Below, one piece after another: positions 1-10,671 of a stretch of DNA of 64,000 bases (position 1 is the first letter of the stretch; each line of letters starts with the position of its first letter). Below the pieces are notes generated by a model. That model was not told the DNA's origin. It searched no databases and saw only the letters and a list, made by a program, of their open reading frames with translations. Origin of the DNA: Saccostrea echinata (taxonomy: Eukaryota); NCBI RefSeq assembly GCF_033153115.1, contig NW_026889805.1:15190001-15254000 (forward strand). Direction: 5' to 3'. Both the position numbers and the translations under genes were made by a program.

Positions 1-26
1 CAGAATGGATGCCGCATTAGAGTTAC
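1..26 (-). CDS. CUB-domain protein, exon running off the window edge (second half of CUB2)
   Basis: Minus strand: acceptor atgcAG then (G)GT AAC TCT AAT GCG GCA TCC ATT CTG = GNSNAASIL; phase 1 matches the 258-373 exon, giving VYDG-NSNAASIL. Confidence 0.75.
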
Positions 27-257
27 CTGCATCATAAAATACCAATGTTTTATCATCGTATATTAATTACATTGTCTTCACAAGTCCTTATGCTTGCTTA
101 GAAAAAAAATCGTCCGGAAAACTAGGAAGACAAACTAATTGAACGACAGAAGACTGACAAACAGACAGACAAACGGAGTAGAAACCTATAGTTTATCAAG
201 TTTTACCGGTAAGAAAATAACAAATTGATACCGGAGAATCTTGAAATATATACCTAC

Positions 258-373
258 CGTCATACACAGTGAGTCCTCCGGGATCTGACCCGTACGCATC
301 ATCAGTGATCAGGATACTTATGTTTAAATAATTTCCAGTTCCCGCGTCTATCTTCCAGTAGCAGAAGTCATTG
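258..373 (-). CDS. CUB-domain protein exon (CUB2 middle)
   Basis: ttctttAG acceptor, GTaggt donor, 116 bp, phase 2/1; reads NDFCYWKIDAGTGNYLNISILITDDAYGSDPGGLTVYD(G), matching the CUB CxWxI...VYDG pattern. Confidence 0.85.
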
Positions 374-872
374 CTAAAGAATGAATCAACCGGTATAGTT
401 TATAAATAAACTAAAATTAAAATAATTATATTTCAATAGACCATTGTCGATGCAAGAATGCTTTTGTTAACTGAATATGGAAAGCATGTCAAGTTTCGAC
501 AGAGTTTATGAGATATAAACAGAGAGAGAAAAAAAAACATACGTTTGTACTATACTGTATAAATCCTTTCCTTGAAATAATTTTGAAAGTGTCATATGCA
601 AAGTAATGAAAAGAGTGGCATAAATATTAGCCTTAAAAATTTAAAGTTAATAAGGAACCACCTTTCTTTAAAAACGTAAACTTTAAAAAAAATCTTATGA
701 TTTCAAACTCAAATTAGTTTTTTACTATGGGTTTTAGCAAAGGGTATACTTGAAAAAATGGTAAGGTAGAAAACTTTTAATTAGCGATTCTCACGTAGTT
801 CTCATATTGTTCAAAGACTGTGAGTGGTCCAATAAATCATATTTGAAATAAAGTTTTGTGTTGAGACAATAC

Positions 873-990
873 CCTGAGTAGAAGTCTGGAAATGTCGATA
901 ATGACTGCTGTAGACTTAAGGTGGTGGTCACCGTTATGGAGTGCTGGGCACTCTGGGAATAACAGGGCATGAGTTGTCTCTGTCCAAAGA
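873..990 (-). CDS. CUB-domain protein exon (linker and start of CUB2)
   Basis: tcttcAG acceptor, GTattg donor, 118 bp, phase 1/2; reads IFGQRQLMPCYSQSAQHSITVTTTLSLQQSLSTFPDFYSG, joining in frame to NDFCYWKI. Confidence 0.8.
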
Positions 991-1233
991 CTGAAGATGA
1001 AACGAAATTTATATTATTGATATCAAAAGACTCTGAATAGTCTTTTTGGGAAATGACTTCATACTAACAGGTGAAAAAGGATAATTGGGAATTAACATTG
1101 TGAATCAGTGTTTTTAACAGGTACCCCGTATTTTTATAATATGAACACATTTTATGTATTTATCATACATGATTACAAATCAGTATAACTGCCTCCTAGA
1201 GAAAAAAATAGAGATTATTTTTAAAAATCTTAC

Positions 1234-1392
1234 TTGTGGGATAAAGACTGAAGTACTGCAAAGTAAATCCTGCCTTTTCGATGCCCATGTCCGACGTGAA
1301 AACAATATACATGTATTCCCCTGTGCTTTCATAGTAGCTGTTAGATTTTTCTCCAAATAATGTTACCAAGAGGGTTCCACTCGGAGAATTAC
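1234..1392 (-). CDS. CUB-domain protein exon (second half of CUB1)
   Basis: ttcttcAG acceptor, GTaag donor, 159 bp, phase 1/1; reads GNSPSGTLLVTLFGEKSNSYYESTGEYMYIVFTSDMGIEKAGFTLQYFSLYPT (CUB STG..M.I.FTSD....GF..Y motif). Confidence 0.88.
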
Positions 1393-1463
1393 CTGAAGAA
1401 GACGGACATCAGATATACAGTTGACAACAATGAAGTTAATGCCTCTCGCAATATGTTTAACTG

Positions 1464-1620
1464 NNNNNNNNNNNNNNNNNNNNNNNNNNNNNNNNNNNNN
1501 NNNNNNNNNNNNNNNNNNNNNNNNNNNNNNNNNNNNNNNNNNNNNNNNNNNNNNNNNNNNNNNNNNNNNNNNNNNNNNNNNNNNNNNNNNNNNNNNNNNN
1601 NNNNNNNNNNNNNNNNNNNN
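1464..1620. other. Assembly gap
   Basis: Run of N. Confidence 1.
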
Positions 1621-1655
1621 AGATAAAGTTACAAATTGTTAAATACTTTATTTAA

Positions 1656-2282
1656 GGAATAACTGTCTAATTTTTTGGATTCATGATGTGATCAATCGAG
1701 TGGCTTGAGTGATAATTTGCATAAACGCCGAAGGCGTTTATGCATAAAATTATCACGCAAGCCAATCGATTGATCATCGTCATGAATCCAAAAAATCTGA
1801 CAGTTATTCCTTATATTTACATGCTCTTGATTCTGCAAATTCACGTGCTACAATTCCCGCTTCTGTCTCTATTTGTCCCGCCCCGCACGTGATTTTTTTT
1901 CACCACGCCTATCGATGAACCAGTAGATTTATGTAGAAATAAAGTATTTTTACAATTTGTAACTTTATCTCGGACAAAGACATTGGAAATGTAAATATTT
2001 CTACATAAATCTACTGGTTCATCGATAGGCGCGGTTAAAAAAAAATCACGTGCGGGGCGGGACAAATAGAGAAAGAAGCGGGGCTATTAGCACGGGAATT
2101 TGCAGAATCAGGAGCATGTAAATATAAGGAATAACTGTCAGATTTTTTGGATTCATGACGATGATCAATCGATTGGCTTGCGTGATAATTTTATGCATAA
2201 ACGCCTTCGGCGTTTATGCAAATTATCACGCAAGCCACTCGATTGATCACATCATGAATCCAAAAAATTAGACAGTTATTCC
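1656..2282. mobile_element. Foldback/MITE-like non-autonomous DNA element, palindrome of palindromes
   Basis: About 285-bp inverted arms around a short spacer, flanked by TTAA on both sides; the outer c. 155 bp of each arm is itself a palindrome centred on GCCGAAGGC. Confidence 0.85.
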
Positions 2283-2755
2283 TTAAATATATGTATATAC
2301 ACCATAGTAAATCAAAATATAAAAATATTTTCCAACTTTAATTAAAGTTATTTATTACTATGAAATTCAGACTGTTTCATTTATTCCAATTTTTAATTAC
2401 ATTGTTTGATTTTTAAATGTAACAGCACTTGTATAATCAATTAACTATTTCACAATAAAGCAACATTGACATTGACTTTAAGGGATATACATGTAATTTT
2501 ACAATCACAGGAAGTTCCAGAATAAATCATAGTAAGTCAAAATGTCATGGTTAAGTGTTAAAGTATCATAATAATTCAATCATCAAAATATTATAGAAAA
2601 TCAATACTTTAAGTATGATTTATATTAAAAAAAAGAATTGTAGATAACATTATTTATCTTTTGATGGGGTCTCTCTAGAATAAATTAATCTGGATCGAAA
2701 ATCTACGATTGGTTCAGGCCTCCATTAGGGCGTTTACTAAATTTCAAACTCGTAG

Positions 2756-3222
2756 CCAATCAAATCGATCATTCTGATAACCAGTCAAACTGCTCATTCT
2801 GATAACCAGTAAAACTGCTCACTCTGATAACCAATCAAACTGCTCACTCTGATAACCAATCAAACCGATCATTCTGACAACCAATCAAACTGCTCACTCT
2901 GATAACCAATCTAACTACTCACTTTGATAACTAATCAGACTGCTCACTCTGATAACCAGTCAAACTGCTCACTCTGATAACCAGTCAAACTGCTCACTTT
3001 GATAACTAATCAAACTGCTCACTCTGTTAACCAGTCAAACTGCTCACTCTGATAACCAATCAAACCGATCATTCTGACAACCAATCAAACTGCTCACTCT
3101 GATAACCAATCTAACTACTCACTTTGATAACTAATCAGACTGCTCACTCTGATAACCAGTCAAACTGCTCACTCTGATAACCAATCAAATTGCTCACTTT
3201 GACAACCAGTCAAACTCATTCT
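2756..3222 (+). repeat. 25-bp minisatellite, about 18 copies
   Basis: Unit CTGATAACCA(A/G)TCAAACTGCTCACT; variant series repeats at a 200-bp offset (2861 vs 3061). Confidence 0.95.
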
Positions 3223-3249
3223 TAAATTAAACAAAAATAAAATTCTTAC

Positions 3250-3362
3250 CATCATAGATACGTATTTTATCGAAGAAAGACTCTGTGTTGATAACGTTAA
3301 ATACAAGTCCCACGGTAGAAGATGAAGTTTCTGCTTGTATCAACCACTGACAGTTGCTTGAG
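3250..3362 (-). CDS. CUB-domain protein exon (CUB1 middle)
   Basis: ttttatAG acceptor, GTaag donor, 113 bp, phase 2/1; reads SSNCQWLIQAETSSSTVGLVFNVINTESFFDKIRIYD(G). Confidence 0.88.
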
Positions 3363-3691
3363 CTATAAAATTAAATCTTTAATTATGCATACGCAACAAA
3401 TGAAAGCTTTTCAAGCTTACATATATATTGTACGCTTTATTATTATTATTTTTAAAAATCTTTCTACAGTAATTTTTAGCAAACTTTTCAAAAAACGATG
3501 GGCATAATTTGTGTTCCTATATAAACCGACCTCATTTTATATTCATATTAAGCCGAGTTAATATATATAAACATTCTAGAAAGTTATAAGGAACATGTAT
3601 TGTACGTTAGTTTTTTCACTCCAAACCAAGTCATTAGAACATATTTATCTCATTTCGATACGTAAAGATTGCTTTTATAAAAGATCTTTAC

Positions 3692-3785
3692 CTTGGATAG
3701 TTATAAGGATAGTTCGGGGAGCTGATGGTTGGGGCGGTTCCGTGATGGGCTGACAGTTGCAAAGGAGTACTGCACTGTGAGGTTA
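3692..3785 (-). CDS. CUB-domain protein exon (start of CUB1)
   Basis: tttcttcAG acceptor, GTaaag donor, 94 bp, phase 1/2; reads xTSQCSTPLQLSAHHGTAPTISSPNYPYNYPS with the canonical CUB ISSPNYP..YP motif. Confidence 0.88.
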
Positions 3786-4879
3786 CTGAAGAAAAATTTT
3801 CATAAAATGTAAGTCTCATTAGGATGAGTAACATGTAATACATTGGGGCCACGGACAATGAACTCATTATTTTAATCTAACAAGATGAAACTGCATCATT
3901 CAATGAACTCAATGGTCATTAAAGGTCTGGAAAGAAGGCTGAATGGAAGAGCTCTGCCATTAAGTCACCTTAAAGTACACTCTCAGCTAAATTTCTGCTA
4001 ACTGAATGGCAGAGTTTCATCCTGTTATTTTTATTTTAAAGGGGTATAGAGTAATTTGTGTTCGACAGCAACAGGAATCTATGCTGAAGTTCCTTAGTTG
4101 TAAAACGAAGAGAACTCGTCCATTGATATCTGCGCATATTTTTATAATCAAAGATACATTAATTAAATTTCATGAATTCCCCATTTCTTCTTAATTGGTC
4201 CACCTATAAAAAGATTTTTTTTAAAAAAAATCTGGTTTTAATTATTTATACCCAGTCTGAAAAACGTAATGGTTAATTGATCAGAAGGAAGGTTGGACAT
4301 ATAAAGATACAAACGGGAACCGGTCAATTACTTGAAATCATTTGTTAGCATAAGCCAGGGCACAAAAATGGATTTTTCACCATATTGTTAAAATACTTTT
4401 CACAAGGCATACATTATGGGAAATGCTTAAAAAAGCCGAGGGCGTTAAAATGTCCAGAGAAAATGTAAGAGTGTATAGCAACATACCTGTTTGAAATGTG
4501 ATGACCAGATAAAAAAGAATTGTCATATCATTTATCTGAAAAAAGTATTAATACTGTTTAAGCTTGAACAGATTCTGGACATAAATCTATTATATGTAGT
4601 TAATTTGAAACACATTCAGTAACATTTCTATTTACATACCTGAAATAAGCTACATTTGTCCATGTTATTGTTGGTTTGTATATAACTCAATGGCTAGCAT
4701 TAAATCCATGGATGATAGGGTCAAAGCGATTAATCGATGAATATTTATTCTAATCTAGATTAACAAACACATTTAAATGTCGCAGGGTTGGTTTTGTTAT
4801 GGCTAACAAATACAAGTCAACACTCATAATTTCGTAGATCTACCGTGTGGTCAGAATATTGCAGTGTTGTAAAGAAGAT

Positions 4880-5260
4880 TTTTTGCCTCCATGATAGAAG
4901 ATTCGGGGGCATATAGTTTTTGCTCTGTCCGTCAGTCTGTCTGTTTATCTGTTTGTGCGCAAAAACGTTAACCTTGTCCATAACTTTTGATTGGTTGGAG
5001 CTATGGCTTTCATATTTCAAATGTGTATTTCTTGTGACAAGACCTTTCCCTTGGGCACCATTTATTTTGACCCTTTAACCTTGGCCTTGGAGCTTGACCT
5101 ACTTAAAAAAAAAGTTAGCCTTAGCCATAACTTTTGAACGTTTGGAGGTAGGGCTTTCATATTTCACATGTGTATTCCTTGTGGCAAGGCCTTTCATTGG
5201 GCACTATTTATTTTTACCCTTTCGTATTGGCCTTGGATTTTGGCTTGCTTTTGAGCTTTA
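4880..5260. mobile_element. Helitron/Helentron-type non-autonomous element (HINE-like), degenerate
   Basis: tcgggggcatatag stem, (GTCT/GTCC)-like microsatellite, then two diverged tandem units (ccataactttt...ttcatatttcac...ttggccttgg). Confidence 0.6.
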
Positions 5261-5829
5261 GCATTTGCTATGAGCTGTGTTGAAGTTAGAAAAGAATTTA
5301 TTTTCATAAAAATCTTTAAAGGGACCAAACATTTTATATTCTGTGTAAAAGTCAATATTTAACATCTTCTTTGCCAATATATTTTTTTATTTTCACTAGC
5401 CAATTGTATATCTTTCAAGAAAGTATTCCTTAATTAAACATTGTGATTATCATTTGATTTTGCTACTTTTTCCAATAGTATTAAAAAGCAAGCTGATATA
5501 TTGGGATTTGCTTTAAAATCAGAGATCCAAATTTCTGAGGAATATATCAAAACTGGGACAATAATTGATTCATATAGTTTAACCACAGGTTGGGTGAGAG
5601 ACCTGAGCCAAAGGGTAGCTTCAAGGCAAAAAAAAAAATCTTTTCTTTTGCTAGCAGCAAGATCATCACAAACATGTTTTAAGTTGCCATTTGAATGTAA
5701 AATTATATCACAATATTATTATATATATATATTAATTGTTATAATAAAATATTTAACGATTCTTTATTTTACTGGTAGAAGAAATCATAATCTTTGTTTT
5801 TTTTTGTAAGTTACTTCCACTCTAAACAA

Positions 5830-6080
5830 TATCTTAGAAAATGTCTATACAATTTTGGAGACCTTCAACTGACTCACTGATAATAAAACAAGATCATCAG
5901 CAAAAAATAAGTGATTAAAAGTTATGTCACCTAAAGATACAGGGTAAGTCATTAGTTTATCAAAATAATTTTTAAAGTCATCAACAAAATTAGTAAATAA
6001 AGTAGGACTTAAATTAACCCCCTGTTTAATTCCTACTGTAGCATTAAAAGTCACTATATAAATTCCCCCTCTTACGGCAC
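5830..6080 (-). mobile_element. Non-LTR retrotransposon (LINE) reverse transcriptase fragment
   Basis: GIKQGVNLSPTLF...DD and HLFFADDLVLLS motifs. Confidence 0.85.
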
Positions 6081-7132
6081 ATTTTCAAGAAGAGCACATA
6101 TGTTTTATAATATTAAAGAATTCTCCACCAATTCCCTTTTTAAACTTACGAAAAAATAATACAAAAATTAAAAATTAATTGAAAAAAAAATATGTTGAAG
6201 AGAGTGAAATGTAATTTTTAAAAATGTGAAAAAATCTCATCTTTGTCATTTTATCGATAAACTAATTCACATTTTGATTTGAAGCAATTTTTTAAAATAT
6301 AAATTTCTTAATTTTGCATGGGTTAACGTATCTACGCTCCTTATTATTTACCTCAGCGCCAAGTCAAAATTATCTCGCCGTGAACCTCTAGCATGTTGGA
6401 GTAATGCATAAACATGTATTTGAGCAGCAACTGATAGAAATTAAGAAACTATCACAAACAGAAAAAAAAGTCTTGCACTTTATGTCTCTAAACATCAATG
6501 TAAACGTCTACCCTTTGTGAAATTTATAATCTTTTTTTTCACTGAACAACCAATGAAGATACTCTCCTTCTGTGAGATTCATAGTTAATGCCAGTAGTTG
6601 CTAACGATTGCATATCTTCTTTTTTTTTTAAATTTTGAATTCTGAGAACAGACAAATTGCATGTCAAATTAGAGATTAATTAATGAGTTTACAAGACAAA
6701 CCGTGTAAATAGGCTTTTTAGGAGATTTCTGGTAAAGCATCCTGATCAAGCATGCAGGTGTTATCTTTATCCCTTGGGAATTGGGCAAAATAATCTGGCC
6801 TCTTAATTGCAATTGATATAGTATCTGTCAGATTAAAAAGTTCTTATTGGCTAGCTATTATTTTCAAACTAAATTTGGTGTAAAGTAATTAAAACTAATT
6901 TGATATTTTATAATATAATTTTTTTTTATTTTAATTGGGCATTTGTAAAACTCTATCACAACCAGTTGAAGAATATATGATGTATAATTTGTTCTAATTA
7001 ATACCTACAACACAGGAGATGCATATCAACCATTAAGAATGCAAAAGTCATTGAAATTTTTGTATCAAGGTTGACATAATTTTCTTCCTTGCACTCTAAA
7101 CTATTTAATAATATTAATAACGATTAAATAAC

Positions 7133-7237
7133 GTGCACCGCCACGGTGTATGATACGCCCCTCAAATATTGTTCAATTAATTATTTATGATAATTGATCA
7201 ATATTTGAAAGGCATATCATACACCGTGGCGGTGCAC
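7133..7237. repeat. 105-bp palindrome/hairpin
   Basis: gtgcaccgccacggtgtatgat...atcatacaccgtggcggtgcac with a short AT-rich loop. Confidence 0.9.
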
Positions 7238-7908
7238 TTTATTTTATGAAATGTTTCATGGTTTGATAAATCCACAAATAAATGGAATGAAAAAGTAAAT
7301 GAATACAAGTTTACAAAAAACTTTGAAGGGAATGAAAAAATATAAACGATTGTGAAAAGCCTTACATTTTTATGATGTGATTAAATACAATAAAATAATC
7401 CCTAATTATCAATAAAGTAACATTTTGCTTAAGTTAATTAATCATTTGAAGATAAAGAATAGTTTTTTAAAATTTATTTCAACATGTTCAAAGGACAATT
7501 TACTTTCACTTTTCCTTTGACATGCACGTGATAATAATAACATCTACTTTCTATGTAAGACGCCATTCAACAGGAAAGAATATTTACACCTAAGGCAATA
7601 AAAACAGATGATAACAGATATCAACAGATGATAAAAATAAATATTTGTGAGGAATTTTAAGATTTAGCGGAATAACGGTATAACAAAAAAGACTGATTTA
7701 CGAATCTACACTGTATGTCATTACATATGCGGTCATTATAACTTACATCCGTGTTTTATTACATGTACAGATATATCAATACGTGATAATCAACACATTA
7801 TATATTTTTTAAATATAGAAATCAAAGCTGATCAACATAAAATCTGGGTATTTGTAGCTCACCTTAACTTAAAGCCAAGATTAACTGTTCTCGCCTGTAT
7901 GTTCTTAC

Positions 7909-7981
7909 TGTTTACATTGTAGACTTCTAAATCACTGCCTCGACTTAAAAAGACACTGGAGAGAAAGAATACGATGAACAT
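7909..7981 (-). CDS. Candidate first coding exon (signal peptide) of the CUB-domain gene
   Basis: ATG at 7981; MFIVFFLSSVFLSRGSDLEVYNVN plus 1 nt, then GTaaga donor; phase 1 fits the 3692-3785 exon; hydrophobic N-terminus. Linkage is inferred, not proven. Confidence 0.5.
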
Positions 7982-8459
7982 TATGATAGGATGGGATAAC
8001 TAGATTTTTTTTTATCAAGAAGTAAGAAATTACATTTTTTATTGAATCTCCGTCAAATAACATGAATATTTCAGATGTTTAGGCCCTGAACTCTGTTGCT
8101 GTAGTAGGAAATACATACATGTAACAGAGAACCACGCCTGTGTATCGGTAAATATGGCAAAAACCCTCTTTATGATCATGGATTTCATTTGTTATACTAA
8201 TATGCAGCTATGTTAATTGCCGCATAGATACCACAGAGCCTAGGTCAACCCCTGAAATAGTGTGATTCTTCATTCGGATTTAAAAGTTACCTTTTCTCAC
8301 TAAAGATTTGAAAAAGAGGATGCCGCAATATTCACAAATGTATCTTTATGTCAGTTGGTTTATTTTTTTAAATGAAATTATTTACGTAGTTAGAATTGAA
8401 TGAATAATAAACTTCTGAACTAAATAAAGTGATGATAAAAAAAATATTCAATTCATGGG

Positions 8460-8740
8460 TTGATTGATTGTTGTTTAAGGTCCCATTCGAGAATTTTTCA
8501 CTCATATAGAGAACTTCAAATTTAGAAGGGTTATTGAGCAGTGATGGTTCTTTATCGTACCAACGCCTACCGTGTTTAAGTTCTCATCCGAAAGGCCCGT
8601 GACTTTCACTTCTAGTGCCGGGCTCTTGGCGAAGGAACAGTCACTACCTTTGTTTACGTCTTAGGTTTGATGCTGCGCGGCGAACGAGAATCGAACCCGG
8701 ACCTCCCGATCACGAAACGAGCACCCTACCGTGACCGGTT
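8460..8740 (-). mobile_element. tRNA-derived SINE, family 1
   Basis: (ATCA)n tail, core ttcggatgaga..., degenerate tRNA-like head; homologous to other copies in the window. Confidence 0.8.
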
Positions 8741-8952
8741 TCAATTCATGGAAAGAATGTGTTACCATTCTAAAGTGCAAATTAATTTTTTTATTCACTA
8801 AATGTAACACAGTAGCTGTGTAAGCTTTGTAACCCATTACATCATATACTTGAACTTCGGAAATATTTACCACGACTTTTATTCAAGGAAGAGATGTTTC
8901 AATGATTAAAGCAGGAAGCTCCCGTCGGAAATTCACAACAAATACGACAGAA

Positions 8953-10143
8953 ATGGAAAACTACATAATCGAAACATCAAATACAGTAGAAGAATGGAAC
9001 AGTAAACTAGCCAGGATCCTAATTCCCAATAATGTGATCCTGTCTCTGTATATGATTGCAGGATTGGTAGGAAATTCTGCCGTGATTTTCATTTACGGAT
9101 TTAAGATGAAAGGCAACAAAATAAAGGGAAACAAAGAAGAAAGATATTTCATTCCATTTCTTGCCACTGCTGATCTTTGTGCCACACTCGTTTGTGCTTC
9201 ATTTGGAATCGCTCAAAATATAATGCAGGCGACATTTGATAATGAACCTTTGTGTAAAACTTGGTGGTTTTTTGCTGGCTTCACCACGTTAATATCAGTA
9301 TTTTTCCTTGTAGTCATTGCTGTACACAGATACCTAAAGGACTGCAAACCTCTAGGAAAACAAATGACATTGAGGTGGAAATGGTTCGCCTTGGGTTTGT
9401 GTCTAGTAATTGCATTCCCATTAGCTGGACCCATGACCCATTTTTATGGATCAGAATCTTTCCTTAACGAAGAAATGAAGATCTACGGACGCCGATGTGG
9501 CAGATTGAGTACCACAAACAAAACGAGTTCTTTGATATTCGGAGGTACTCTTGTTCTCACAGCGATCACAATTATTATTGTGTTAATTTGTCTATATTCC
9601 AAAGTAGGATACACTATTTTTGTACATTTTAAGTATACGAAGGTTGTTGGAAATCACAATAAAACAGAACATTCTCGGGGTGGGGTCTCCAGTGGGGACG
9701 ACCCCTACAGTAAATCTGAAATGAGTTCCTTTGAGACTCTCGAGACACCCACTGCCGGAATGTCCTCTGTGTACTTCACTCAGACTACCACGCAACAAAC
9801 GGAGACACCAGTTAATATAGAAGTGAGAGAAAAACATGTTCCAAAACAGTCAAGTAGAAAGCGGAGAAGAAATAAGAGAATTGTTCATAAATTTACATTG
9901 ATGTTCATGCTGATTACGGTCATATTTCTTATTTGCTATATCCCTAAAGTTATTATCATGCTTCTGGAGGCGAGTAACACAAAGTTTTGGGAGGGATTTT
10001 CTGAAGCTGGCAGATCTGCAGTGTCTTTTGTTTACAGGATTTACATACTAAACAATGTCACAAATCCATTTATATATGCCTTTTTAGACAAGAAATTTTC
10101 AGAGCAAATTAAAAAGTTGATTAAATCTTGTACTTGTAAGTAA
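8953..10143 (+). CDS. Class A (rhodopsin-like) GPCR, subfamily A, copy 1
   Basis: Seven hydrophobic segments; TM1 GLVGNS, TM2 LATADL, TM3 AVHRY, TM6 FLICYIP, TM7 NNVTNPFIY. ATG at 8953 (MENY) aligns with paralog starts; an in-frame upstream ATG at 8902 is possible. Confidence 0.95.
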   Translation: MENYIIETSNTVEEWNSKLARILIPNNVILSLYMIAGLVGNSAVIFIYGFKMKGNKIKGNKEERYFIPFLATADLCATLVCASFGIAQNIMQATFDNEPLCKTWWFFAGFTTLISVFFLVVIAVHRYLKDCKPLGKQMTLRWKWFALGLCLVIAFPLAGPMTHFYGSESFLNEEMKIYGRRCGRLSTTNKTSSLIFGGTLVLTAITIIIVLICLYSKVGYTIFVHFKYTKVVGNHNKTEHSRGGVSSGDDPYSKSEMSSFETLETPTAGMSSVYFTQTTTQQTETPVNIEVREKHVPKQSSRKRRRNKRIVHKFTLMFMLITVIFLICYIPKVIIMLLEASNTKFWEGFSEAGRSAVSFVYRIYILNNVTNPFIYAFLDKKFSEQIKKLIKSCTCK

Positions 10144-10671
10144 GCGCAGTTCAGTCAATCATAAAACAAGCATGTCTTTTTTTCCAATTTGATATAAATT
10201 GTTCACCTTGATTTTCCATTTTCGGTAAAAGCAAAAATCTTAGGAGAAGATGTTGATAAGATTGACGAACAATATAATCAGTACCGTTACTGTTGTCTGT
10301 TAATGTTTTCATAATGACAAGGATTGGAAAAATCTAAAGTTTCATGCTATCGTGTTTATTAAAAAATTGTTTTTCTGAAACAGCATTTAGTCTGTCATTT
10401 ATTCATCTGTAGGGATGATTTTTATTTGTGTTTCCTGTTAAAAATTATTGCAAATTATTGTCCTAAATCATGTATGCCAAATACGATTTTAATGTTACAT
10501 GTCTTTTTTAATAAGTGTTGTCCAGTAAACTTGTTCTACTATCTTTTTTCCAAAGCAGGAATGATGGGCAATAGCTAATTTATACATTTTAAATCTAAGC
10601 ACAATGAAAATAAATTTTGATTTCAAAATATTGTTTCAAAAAGCTATGGCTTTCTTAAATCGTATTAATCA

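Noticed and set aside
2756-3222. CRISPR-like array
   Set aside because: Units are contiguous with no unique spacers; eukaryotic context; it is a minisatellite
4639-4750. Additional CUB-gene exon at a GTATGT donor
   Set aside because: The frame required by the downstream phase-1 exon contains a stop codon
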